Origin: Octopus vulgaris | Lineage: Eukaryota | DNA length: 64,000 nucleotides | Assembly (NCBI GenBank): GCA_951406725.2 | Contig: OX597816.1 | Span: 38,998,001 to 39,062,000, forward strand | Reading direction: 5' to 3' | Shown here: one piece after another, positions 26,766-39,808 of the stretch | Numbering within the stretch: position 1 is the stretch's first letter | Layout: each line of letters begins with the position of its first letter | Translations under genes and position numbers: made by a program | The notes under the pieces: model-generated | What the model saw: only the letters and a program-made list of their open reading frames with translations | Told to the model about the DNA's origin: nothing | The model's database searches: none

Positions 26766-29337
26766 TTAGATATAAACACATTTCGAAATAAGATAATTTG
26801 AGAATGGAGTGGAGTGAATGATGTGATTGCTGAATACTGAAAGCACAAGTTCTGCTGGGCTAGACATGTTGCAAGGTTATCATAGACAACAGGTAGATCT
26901 GTGCAGTTGCCAAGTAGTATCCAAGAAATCAGAAAAGTCCACTTGGAAAGCCTTTACGATGATAGTTAAGCAAGTTGGGTCAAGATAGAAAAGAGTGGTG
27001 CAATTAAGACAGAATTGAAACTGCATTGTGACCAGTGGTGTATAACAGTATCTGAAGGTCTGGTCAATACCTTGATGTGTGTAAATACAAGAAATTAAAA
27101 ATGCCATGTTTTTTTCTTTTTTTTCAAATGTTCCATCCTCTCATTCTCCTTTTCATACTATCTTGCAAACTCACACTCAATTTGTGCTTTGTGGAATCAC
27201 CAGCCCCCCTTCCCCCATTGCCATTATTTTGTGTAGCTCCTACTGAACATTTTTTTCTCTCTCTTTCCCTTTCCCCTACTAGGTGTTAGTAGCCATTGAG
27301 ATACTTCAACAAGACCCTGTTCTGTCCCTCCCTTTCTTATTGTAACCCCCTCACTCTCTTGCATGAAGCCCCCCCCCCCTCCTCGAGTTTTTAGTTCTGC
27401 AAACTACGTGGCAGCATCAATAGTGCAGGTGGCAGGTAAAAGCACCCATTTCATGCTTATAGGGGTTAGTGTTAAGAAGGGTGTCCAGCTGTAGAAACCA
27501 TGCCAAAGCAGACATTGGAACATTTTGAAGTCCTTGGAGACATCAGATCCTGTGGAACTGTCAAACCCATGTCAGCATGGAACATGGACATAAAATAATG
27601 ATGATCCTCCTGTAGTGACCCTGCCATTTAAAAAGCATCCAGTCCACACTGTAAAGTGATTGGCATTTGGAAGGGCATCCAGCTGTAAAACCATGCCAAA
27701 ACAGACACTGAAGTCTGGTGCAGACTCCCTGCCTTGCCAGCTCCTGTCAATCTGTCTGGCCTATGCCAGCATGGAAGGGTTAAATGATGATGACGATGAT
27801 AATCAACTGTGACCATCTTATCTTTTTTTTAGAAGAGTTCTGCCATGACCATTCTGCATCCCAAGCATCAGCATCTTGTCTTTTCTTAGCCAAAATTCAC
27901 TTCATGTCACACCACCATTATTTAACATCCATTTTCCATGATGGCATAGGCTGGACAGTTTAACAGAATTCAGTTATTTGCAGAGCTACATCATACTCCA
28001 TGTCAGCTTCGACATGGTTTTGGTGGCTAGATCCCTTTCCTAATGCCAACCACTTTACAGCGTGTATTGCTTGCCTATTTTTATGCTACTGGCACTACTA
28101 GTGAGGTTGTCAAGTAACTTGCACAACAGAAGAAAAACAAGAAATAAGAAAATGGGAAAAACACAAAAAAATGGCAGGGAATTTTTTCTTTTAGGACATT
28201 AGGCATAATTTAAGGGAGATTTCATTTCTGTCTCTTACTGGTTGAATCACTCAGTAAATGTCCCTCTTAACTAATAGTTGTAGGTGTTGTAGTTGAATCC
28301 CAGATTAGTCCTAACAAGCAGATCTATGATCAGAAGTGTTCCAACTAGGATCACTCTGTTATCTTAGGGTTATGTAGGACTATGTTATGCACTGTATCTG
28401 TCTATTTTTCAAGAAGGCAGAGTGTGATTCAAGAGAGGTTAGGCTGCTAATTCTAGCTGGCCAAGTGACCATATAGAGGTCTTCGATGAATCTGGAGGAA
28501 GATATTCTAATATACTGTTCAAGCAATTTTCTCTGATCAATTCATTTTTATGTCATCCTATAATTTAGTTTCTGAGAGAGAGATAGAAACATATGCTTGC
28601 TATAGTGAGCAGGTTTAGCAAATACAGAGAAGCACACTCAAAGATTGAATTTATTTTGCTGCACGGTCATCATCATCATCATCATTTAAATATTCACTTT
28701 TCCATGCATGAATCACACTAAATTCTCAGGACAGGTTTTGGTGGCTAGATCCCTTTCCTAATGCCAACCACTTTACAGCGTGTATTGCTTGCCTATTTTT
28801 ATGCTACTGGCACTACTAGTGAGGTTGTCAAGTAACTTGCACAACAGAAGAAAAACAAGAATTACTAAGAAAATGTCAAAACAAGGAAACACAAACATGT
28901 GTATGTGTTCATTCCCATTGTGTGGTATCTTGGGCATGTGTATTTTACTATCTCTTACTGGTTGAATCACTCAGTAAATGTCCCTCTTAACTAATAGTTG
29001 TAGGTGTTGTAGTTGATGAAAACTAAAAGAAGGACAAGTGTGCATGTGTGTGTGGGTATGCATGTGTGTGTTTTCATATCTACTTGTCTGACATTGAGCA
29101 CTGTCACGCAAGTGGTGATGTGTGTTTTCAATATCTTCTGTGAAAAAACACCAGGCATTGTGTTGTTTTGAGTTTGAAGAACTAATATACTGTTCAAGCA
29201 ATTTTCTCTGATCAATTCATTTTTATGTCATCCTATAATTTAGTTTCTGAGAGAGAGATAGAAACATATGCTTGCTATAGTGAGCAGGTTTAGAAAATAC
29301 ATTAAAATGATCACAATGATGATGGTGATATAGTTTC

Positions 29338-30168
29338 ATCATCATCATCATCATCATCGTTTAAATATTCACTTTTCCATGCATGAATCACACTAAGCCC
29401 GAAGGCTGCACCAGGCCAGTCAGATGTGGCAGTGTTTCTACAGCTGGATGCCCTTCCTAACGCCAACCACTCCGAGAGTGTAGTGGGTGATTTTATGTGC
29501 CACCGACACAGGTGCCAGACGAGGCTGGCAGACGGCCACGCTCGGATGGTGTTTTTGTATGTGCCACCGACACAGGTGCCAGACGAGGCTGGCAAACGGC
29601 CACACTCGGATGGTGTTTTTTATGTGCCACTGACACAGGTGCCAGACGAGGCTGGCAGACGGCCCACGCTCGGATGGTGTTTTCTTATGTGTCACCGACA
29701 CAGGTGCCAGACGAGGCTGGCGGACGGCCACGCTCGGATGGTGTTTGTTACGTGCCCTCAGCACGGAGGCCAGTCATTGCGGTACTGGCTACGGTCACGT
29801 TCGGATGGTTTTCTTATGTGCCACCGGCACTGGTACCACAAGGATACAAATTCCATTGATGTTCATCTATTTTGATTTGGTTCGATTTGATTTGATACGA
29901 TTCGATTCTCACTTGCCTCAACAGGTCTTCACAAGTGTCACAAGAAGGAAGGTATGCACAGGTGGACTGACTACGTCCCAGGTAGGGGCCACGGATTATG
30001 GCTTCACTAGTCTTGCCGGGTCTTCTCACGCACAGCATACTTCCATAGGTCTCGGTCTCTAGTCATTTCCATGGTGAGACCTAACGTCCGAAGGTCGTGC
30101 TTCACCACCTCGTCCCAGGTTTTCCTGGGTCTACCTCCACGGGTTCCCTCAACTGCTAGGGATTGGCA
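29338..30168 (-). mobile_element. 5'-truncated RTE copy (RT C-terminus + 3' UTR with ~6 x 63-nt units)
   Basis: CQSLAVEGTRGGRPRKTWDEVVKHDLRTLGL..DRDLWKYAV, then tandem units and a (GAT)n tail. Confidence 0.88.
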
Positions 30169-30719
30169 AAATTCGCCACATGACCATTTACACTCATAAG
30201 ACATTAATTGGCCTGGGTTTAAGTAGAAGTCATATTTCTAAGATGCCATGCAGTGAGACTGAACCCAAAAGTGTCTGGCTGCAAAGTAAACTGTTTAACT
30301 ATGACCATTGTTTGTATTACTTCTTTAGGCAAGGTAGATTATCTCACTAGACACCAGACATAACTCTGATACTGTAATTGTTTACTTAAAAGCAAATAAT
30401 TAAATAGTTTTTAATATTTTCTTTTATTGTTTAAAATGTTTTTTCCCCCCATATTTAAGACGGTTATGTAAGAGAAACACTAGAATACTAGAACAAATGA
30501 CCTTTACAGTATTTAGTTACAGCTCTCACAATTCTAAATTCTAACACTGCCAAGGTCAGTTTTGCCTATAATTCTTCCAGTATTGACATTGACTCAATCC
30601 CTGGAGCTCCACCTGCAAATTGTGATACAAGAAATAATGCTTTGTGTTATTTTTTAATTGATGTTTGTTACTGGTGCAAAGTTCAAGAATGATATGGTAG
30701 TGGAGCAATGAAATTCACA

Positions 30720-32510
30720 GTGCCATAAGTGCAAATAAAAAAGATTATAATAAAACTGGCATGGAAGGACTGGAAGAATAGGGGTAGCAGAGAACTATAC
30801 CAGGTAGCTAGAAGATAAACTAGGTGACAGGTGTATATTACTAAGGAAGGAGTTTGCCAATGTTCTGCAGCATGAGGTGTTCTGGATTGCAGAACACTGT
30901 GTCAGAGAAAATTGTGATGTAAGAGAGAAATGTATTCAAATGGCTGATGGTACCCTTGCATTTAGTGACTATGAAAAGAAAGAGGCATGGAAGTGTCACT
31001 ATGAAAGGCTATGTGGAGATTGCATTGTGGACCCAACAGAAGGATAAGGCAATTTAAGATATGAAATCAGGGAAAGCTCCTGGCTCATCAGAATTACTGC
31101 CGAGATGCTTAAAATATCTGGTAGAGTGGGTTATGGCTTAGTCACCTTTACAGTTAATCAGGTCATCTAGAAAAGGATCATACATAATGACTGATGTAGC
31201 AGCATCAGAGTCAACTTCTACAAAAGTAAAGATGATGCCTAAGACAGAAGTAATTAAAGGCATCACATAGCTAGACCAGGTCATGAATGTCACAGAAAGG
31301 GTGATAGATCAACTAATTAGGAAGAGAGTTAACTTAGATGAAATGCAGTTTGTTTTTGTGCCAGGGAGAAGTATTACCAGTGTTACCTTCCTAGTAAAGC
31401 AACTGCAGGAGAAGCATTTTGCCAAAAATATACTACTGTACTTGGCATTTGTTGATATTGAGAAAGCCTTTGACAGGGTACCTCACTCCCTCACTCGGTA
31501 GTCATTGTGGAAGCTATGAGTAGTTGAGTGGCAGGTGAAAGCCATCCCAACCATGTACAGGGATGCTGTTAGTAAAGTAAAGGTCAGCTATGAATATAGC
31601 AACAAATTTAGTGTGTAAGTAGGAGTTCACCAAGGCTCAGTTCTCAGCCCCTTCTTGTTTATTATAATCCTCCAGTCTGTTAGATGAATTTAAAACTGGT
31701 TGTCTATAGGAGCTTCTTTATGCTGATGACCTTATTTTTTAGCTGAATCTATAGGAGAATTAGAAATGAAATTTCAGGTGTGGAAGCAAGGCTTGAGATT
31801 AAACGCCCTTAGAGTTAATTCAGTAAAGACCAGAGTACTAATCAGTAGGAAAGCAGAAAAATTATTAATCCTTTCAGGGAAATGGCCCTGTATGATATGT
31901 AGAAAAAGTGTAGATAGAAATCCCAAATGGTGTGCCCAGTGCAAGCTATGGACACATAAGAGGTGCAGTGGAATCAGAGGAATATTAACAGAGAAAGTAG
32001 TCTGTGTGGAAGATGTGCAGGAACTATGAACACTAATAACACAGAGGAAATAGATTTCCTCCTCTCCTGTCTCCAAGTGGATTGTTAGAGGTAGTAAATA
32101 GTTTCTGTTACCTAGGTGACCAAATAAGCAGTGGGGGAGGATGCTCTGATAGCATAGTTGCTAGAATTAGAACTGGTAGGGCAAAGTTCAGCAACTTTTC
32201 ATCTTTGTTAGTAACAAGAACCTCTCAGAGTGAAAGGCAGATTGTACAGTGCTTGTGTATAAATAGCTATGCAAAATTATAGTGAAACATGGGCTGTGAC
32301 TGCGGAGGACATGTGAAGGCTTGAAAGAAATGAAGTCAGCATACTTTGCTGGATGTGCAGTGTCATTATGCATGTGTGACAAAGTTTTAATGTGTTGAGA
32401 GAAAAATTGGATATAAAAGGTATCAGGTGTAGTGTGCAAGAAGAGAAAACTGTGCTGGTATGGTCATGTGATGAATATAGAGGAAGACAACTGCATAAAG
32501 AAGTGCTGTA
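30720..32510 (+). pseudogene. Heavily decayed RTE LINE RT region
   Basis: Fragments LDEMQF.FVPGRS, AFVDIEKAFDRVP, YADD (tatgctgatgac) and [20 protein letters not shown], with many stops. Confidence 0.92.
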
Positions 32511-32547
32511 AAGTGGTTAGCATTAGGAATGGTATCTAGCCATAGAA

Positions 32548-33383
32548 ATGGATGCGTGCGTTTCCATTTCTAAGTAAGATTGTTCTTAATATTAATAATG
32601 ATGCGCACTCTTAACCTCTCTCTCCCCCTCCCTTTCTCAGCCTTCATTCTTTCGGGTTTCCTTTTCTTCTACCTTACTGTCTCTCCCGCTCTCTCTCTCT
32701 CATTCTTCATTTTTTCTGGTTTTCTCTACAACCATTCCATTTTTTCTCTCCCTTTCTCTTGCTCCTCCTCCTCCCTCCCGCGACAAGAGCTCTGCTACTG
32801 TCTTTCTTACCTGGCTTCCTTCAAGTGTAACCGGCATTTCTGTGGCTCCTTCGCCGTTCTCAAAAACAGCATTCATAATATTTTATCTTGTTCGGCTTAA
32901 CAGCCCTTCTTGTCTGTGTTACTGTTATTCTCCTTGTCCTGTCTTTTACTGTTTATATATTGTACTGTCGTTACTGTCCTGTTTTTGTTACCATTTTTAC
33001 CCTCCGCAAAAAAATCTCAAATTTTATTTAATTTGCTTTTTGCGAGAAGGAATGTTTCATTAAAGTCATGTCTCGCCTTGACCTTCGAAACGTGGAGTAG
33101 ATGAAACAAAGGCAACTGAAGAAGGGGAAATTTCCTTGTATTGTATGTCTTGTACTCTATTATTTCGTTGTCTAAGAAAAATGTCCATTTCCTTGGTTTT
33201 GTGTTTATGCTTTCGTTTCTCATTGTGTTCGACGTTTTTTTGGCGTTCTGTACCCATATATGCATGTATATATACATGTAGAGGTAGGTACGTACATATA
33301 TGTATGTATATATGCATATGTTTTATTTCATTTATTAATTTATTATATGACGGAACGCATGCATCCATTTCTGAGTAAGATTG

Positions 33384-33385
<2 letters not shown>
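32548..33385 (+). mobile_element. Probable Penelope pLTR-type fragment bounded by a ~35-bp direct repeat
   Basis: ..ccatttct(a/g)agtaagattgtt at both ends; degenerate hammerhead at 33037-33097; a partial homolog lies at 42160-42330. Confidence 0.5.
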
Positions 33386-33439
<54 letters not shown>

Positions 33440-33604
33440 CCAGTATACACTGCGGTCGAGGATCGCTCGATTCCAAACCGGCGTTGTGTGTGTGCATATG
33501 GTGGTGATCCCTGTCTTTCACCACTCTGTGTGTGTGTGAAACAAGTACAAAAAAAAAATATATATATATATATACATGTGCATAGATGTGTGTGTGTTTT
33601 ATTT

Positions 33605-34600
<996 letters not shown>

Positions 34601-34852
34601 AATGTTTGTTATTATTTGAGTGAATGCCACACATCCATTTCCAAGTATATATACTATATAGTTTTATAATATATCTACTGAAAGACAATCTCTGATTGGC
34701 TATTACACTTCAAAACTTTGATTTCATTAGGCCAGTCGATTGGCCTCAAAGTCTTTTCAGCTTGTATCACTTGGGCCAATCAATTGGCCTGGGTGTCCCA
34801 AGAGAGTTAAGATGCATAATTTAATATGCATAATTTCATTCATATTTTGCAG

Positions 34853-34951
34853 GTAATATGGTTCGAACAACAAATTGCCAAACGACGCACAAAACGGGAT
34901 TTTGCAGTAGAGAAAGTTAATGACCCTTTCTTCCCGAAACAGTGGTACTTT
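34853..34951 (+). CDS. FURIN: Furin-like convertase exon with primary autocleavage site (phase 0/0)
   Basis: ttgcag acceptor, gtaagt donor; 99 nt = VIWFEQQIAKRRTKRDFAVEKVNDPFFPKQWYF (furin VQWLEQQVAKRRTKRD...DPKFPQQWYL). Confidence 0.96.
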
Positions 34952-35784
34952 GTAAGTAAATAACTTTTTCCCTTAAAACTATCAAAGAATGGTTAAGCTA
35001 CAGTGAACTTATATAAAATGTTGCTGTCTCTTAGAATCAAGTATAACTTGGGGTATCATGGATTCCTTAATTTTTTTTTAGATGCCTGTGTAGTCATGAA
35101 CAAACACAGACACCCTCTCAGCCCCCTCAACTCTTGATCCAGCAAAACATTAAAGATGTGACACCTGGAGGGAAGCACTGAACCAATATTAGGCTGGCAC
35201 TATATATTTTTTTTTTTCTTAGCTTGATAGAGTAATATGAAACGAAGTGCTTTGATTTAAGAATATGACACACTATCTGGTTCAGAAATCGAACCCATGA
35301 CTTTATAATCATGAGCCCAATACCACCAGGCCACCTCTCTCCCTCTCTCTCATACACACATACACACATATAATCTTTTGGTTGTTTCAGTCATTGGACT
35401 GCAGCCATGCTGGGGCACTGACTACATTGATAGGTTTAGCTGAACAAATTGACTCCAGTATATATTTTAAATGTAGTACTTATTCTATCGAACACTTTTA
35501 TTGAACTGCAAGGTTATAGTGACATAAACAAACCAACACTGGTTGTCAAGCAGTGGGGTCAAACATAGACAGACATACACATGCGCACACACACACACAC
35601 ACAAACACACATATATACAGGACAGACTTCCACACAGTTTCTATCTAGCAAATCAATTCACATGCAGTTGGTCAACCCAGGGCTATAGTAAGAGACGCCC
35701 AGTATGTCATGCAGGTGGACTGAAACTGAGACTGTGTGGTTGCACACCAAATCTCTTAACCACACAGCTTCATTTATATATATA

Positions 35785-36200
35785 CTCTTTTACTCTTTTA
35801 CTTGTTTCAGTCAAATGACTGCAACCATACTGGAACACCGCCTTTAATTGAGCAACTCGATCCCGGGACTTATTCTTTTTTTTGTAAGCCCAGTACTTAT
35901 TCTATCGGTCTCTTTTGCCGAACTGCTAAGTAACGGGGACATAAACACACCACCATCGGTTGTCAAGCAATGCTAGGGGGACAAACACAGACACACAAAC
36001 ACACACACGCATATATATATATATATATATACATATATACGATGGGCTTCTTTCAGTTTCCATCTACCAAATCCACTCACAAGGCTTTGGTTGGCCCGAG
36101 GCTATAGTAGAAGACACTTGCCCATGGTGCCACACAGTGGGACTGAACCCGGAACCATGTGGTTGGTAACCAAGCTACTTACCACACAGCCACTCCTGCG

Positions 36201-36202
<2 letters not shown>
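35785..36202 (-). mobile_element. tRNA-headed CORE-type SINE, full length
   Basis: A-box tggctgtgtgg, B-box-like ggttcagtccc, CORE-like gcacc(a/t)tgggcaagtgtctt, tail aaacaagtaaaagag. Many other copies, e.g. 13120-13800, 20800-21235, 41068-41473, 47000-47370, 54490-54870. Confidence 0.85.
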
Positions 36203-36245
<43 letters not shown>

Positions 36246-36247
<2 letters not shown>

Positions 36248-36670
36248 TCATCATCATCATCGTTTAACGTCCGTTTTCCGCGCTAGCACGGGTTGGACGG
36301 TTTCGACCGGGGTCTGGGGAGCTAGGGACTGCCCCAGGCTCCAGTCTAGTCTGGCAGTGTTTCTACAGCTGGATGCCCTTCCTAACGCCAACCACTCCGC
36401 GAGTGTAGTGGGTGTTTTTTACGTGCCACCTGCACAGGTGCCAGAGGGGTCTGGCATCGGCCACGTTCGGATGGTGCTTTTTATGTGGGGGGGGGGTGCA
36501 GAAATATAGGGGAGCACCAGTGGGGAGGGGTGGTTCAGAGAAATGATGACAGGTTCTAGGCAAGTAGAACGTAGGATATCAAGAGGGTAATGCATGGTGA
36601 AATAGCGTATTGAGGAGGGGGGCTCGAAGAGTAGACACCTATAATGGTGGTGGGAGAAACAACATCCGGT
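36246..36670 (-). mobile_element. Internally deleted (bipartite) RTE: 5' UTR piece fused to 3' UTR
   Basis: 36246-36485 matches the RTE 3' module; 36490-36550 shares aatataggggagcaccagtgggga with the 5' UTR of the long RTE (46028-46050). Confidence 0.75.
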
Positions 36671-36732
36671 ATATATATATATATATACATATGCATACAT
36701 ACATCATCATCATCGTTTAACGTCCGTTCTCC

Positions 36733-36787
<55 letters not shown>

Positions 36788-37118
36788 AAAATAGCAAAGT
36801 AAACTTGCAAGGTACTGCATGAGTGAAAACATATAGGAAAGAAGATTTGAAAATGCAGAGGTCTTTTAAAGATGTTTATTGACTTGACCGGTTTCACTTT
36901 TTTAAAAGAAGATTTTCAAAAGTAAAATGTAAGGCTTTGTTTAGCCTTTGTTGTGTTAAAATTTGTTATCATAGTTGCATTAAAATATTTATACAGTCTT
37001 TGATAATAAGAAAATGTTAAGAGGGGCTTTTTGTTTAAAGTTTACATAAGTGTTCAAAATAGGTAGAAAAATAAATTCATAATTATTTTAAATTCATCAA
37101 AAATCATGATTGTAAAGA

Positions 37119-37282
37119 AGCATCACAATCAAGGAAGCAGATAGGGGTAGTACTGTCATAATTATGAACATAGAACAATACAAAAACTCTGTATCTCACT
37201 TCTTACAAGATACTACCTACTATGAAAGCGTAGTCAACTACCAACAATCAAAAGCAATTTCCAAATTAAACACCCTCATTAA
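37119..37282 (+). pseudogene. Penelope-like element reverse transcriptase fragment
   Basis: SITIKEADRGSTVIIMNIEQYKNSVSHFLQDTTYY matches the PLE I-K-x-A-D-K-G..V-I-M...Y...L-D...Y motif; flanked by a ~112-bp direct repeat. Confidence 0.8.
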
Positions 37283-37430
37283 TGTTAAGAGGGGCTTTTT
37301 GTTTAAACAGTTTACATAAAAGTGTTCAAAATAGGTAGTAAAATAAATTCATAATTATTTTAAATTCATCAAAAATCATGATTGTAAAGAAGCATATATA
37401 TGCGCCTATATATAAAAGTATGTATATATA

Positions 37431-37595
37431 GGCGCAGGAGTGGCTGTGTGGTAGGTAGCTTGTTTACCAACCACATAGTTCCGGGTTCAGTCGCACTACG
37501 TGGCACCTTGGGCAAGTGTCTTCTACTATAGCCTCGGGCCAACCAAAGCCTTGTGAGTGGATTTGGTAGACGGAAATTGAAAGAAGCCTGTCATA

Positions 37596-37626
<31 letters not shown>

Positions 37627-37846
37627 GCATGTGTGTGTTTGTGTGTCTGTTTGTCCCCCTAGCATTGCTTGATAACCGATGCTGGTGTGTTTATGTCCCC
37701 GTTACTTAGTGGTTCAGCAAAAGAGACCGATAGAATAAGTACTGGGCTTACAAAAGAACAAGTCCTGGGGGCGATTTGCTCGACTAAAGGCGGTGCTCCA
37801 GCATGGCCGTAGTCAAATGACTGAAACAAGTAAAAGAGTAAAAGAG
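37431..37846 (+). mobile_element. tRNA-headed CORE-type SINE, full length
   Basis: Same family as 35785-36202, opposite orientation. Confidence 0.88.
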
Positions 37847-38059
37847 AATCATATTTAAGTATTTATACAAAATTTTAGGGGAATGACCAACTTTTCTTCC
37901 TTCATCTCCAGTGTATGTGTGTTTAAGGGATGGTTGCTATTTTAAGATATAGTGTGGGAGGTTGGTTGGTGGGGGAGAACATTGTGAAATCAAAAGGATT
38001 TTTTTGCTTCTGGGCTAGTCTGTCATGGTTCAGTGATTTTTGGACTTGTCTTAGAGTTA

Positions 38060-38855
38060 AATATGGTGTGAGTGTGGGTGTGTGTCTGTGCATGTTTCTA
38101 TGTGTGCATGTATCTATGTGTGCATGTATATATGTTTGTATGTGGTTTTTTTTTTACTGGTCTTAGAGTTCAGTGTGGTGTGTGTATGGGTCTGTGTATG
38201 TGTGTTTTATATTTAGCAGGGTGGTGCATGTATATGTGTGCACGTTTGTTTGTGTGTGATTTGTATTTGTCAGTGTGCTGTGTGTGTGTGCATCTGTGTG
38301 TATGTGTTTGTTCATGTGTGTGTGTGTGTGTCTGTATGTTTGTGTGTGTTGTGTTGGTTGGGATGGTATGTACGTGAGTATGTGTCTGTGTCTATGTTTG
38401 TAGTACTATAATTGTCCAGGTGGTGTGTGTGTGTGCATTTGCATGTGTGTGTGAGGGTGCATATGTATGTGTGAAAGTGTTGTATTTGTCTGGGGTTCTG
38501 TGTGTGTCCATGTTTCATTTATCCAGGTAGTGTGTATGTGTGTGTTTGTACAGAGTATGCATTTGTGTGTGTGTGTGTGTATATATGTGGGTGTGGTTTA
38601 TGTAGTTTTTGGATGTGTGTGTGTTATATTTGTTGTGGCTAAATGTGTATGTGTACATGGGAATGCATGTATGTGTGTGTTATTTTTCTGTGTGGTGCAT
38701 GCATATGTTTGGATGTATCATTGTGTTTCATTTGTATCGTTTGTGCAGTGTGTGTATACGTGTGGGTGTGTTTGTGTGAGTATGTCTGTGTGTCGTGTAT
38801 GTGTGTGTGTCTGTGTTTGTGATTGTTGTGATTGTATTGCATGTATATATGTGTG
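38060..38855. repeat. Degenerate (GT)n low-complexity tract
   Basis: Read directly from the sequence. Confidence 0.9.
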
Positions 38856-39457
38856 ATTTTTTTTTATTGGGGATCAGGCAAAGAAACAGCATCAGTACAC
38901 TGCAAGATAGGACCCCTCTTCCAAAAGGATAGCTCCTTCACAAATAGTCCAACGAGGATTAGTGAGGTACTGAGTGACCATTTCAAAGGTGTCTTTACCA
39001 CCCCGTTGGAACACAGACAAGTGAATGAACCACCCCCGCTACTGACTTGGTCACCTAGGTAAACTTCTAGATTTTCTCCCTGGAATGTGGCAGAAGTTCT
39101 CTGCACATTTTCAGTGTTTATTGCTCCTGAGCATCTGCCACATACAAAAGCTATCTTCCCAGTTAGCCTTCCTTTGATATTGCTGCACCTCTTATGTGTC
39201 CATAGCTTACACTGGGTATATCTTATAGAGTTTCTACCTACGCCTTTTCTACAGATCGAGCAGGGCCAACTACCTGAAGGGATTTGTGATTTATATATAT
39301 GTATGTATGTGTGTGTGTGTGTGTATGTATTATATATATATATATGTATGTATATGTATATATGTATGTATATATATACATAATATACACATACATATAT
39401 ATATACACACATATACATATTATCATCATCATCGGACGTTAAACGATGATGATGATA

Positions 39458-39512
<55 letters not shown>

Positions 39513-39774
39513 ATAATATGTATATATATATATGTATGTATATACACACACACACACACACACAGAAGGAAGAGAATGTTATAGGCAGGGTTGTGTAGTA
39601 CACTCTCCAACCACCTTTTATCAATTCAAAATGAAAAATTAAATTACACCATCTAGAAAATTACATATAATAGAAATATTAAATATAAGATAAAAAATAT
39701 ACCGATGATTAAGTAATGTGCAAAATAATAAATAAAACGTATATATAAGTAAGTTTGGAATAATATTCCCTCAA

Positions 39775-39808
<34 letters not shown>

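Noticed and set aside
33081-33127. Type II hammerhead reading (GAAAC...CUGAAGA downstream)
   Set aside because: No stem I can form; the upstream GAAGG/CCUUC type I reading fits better.
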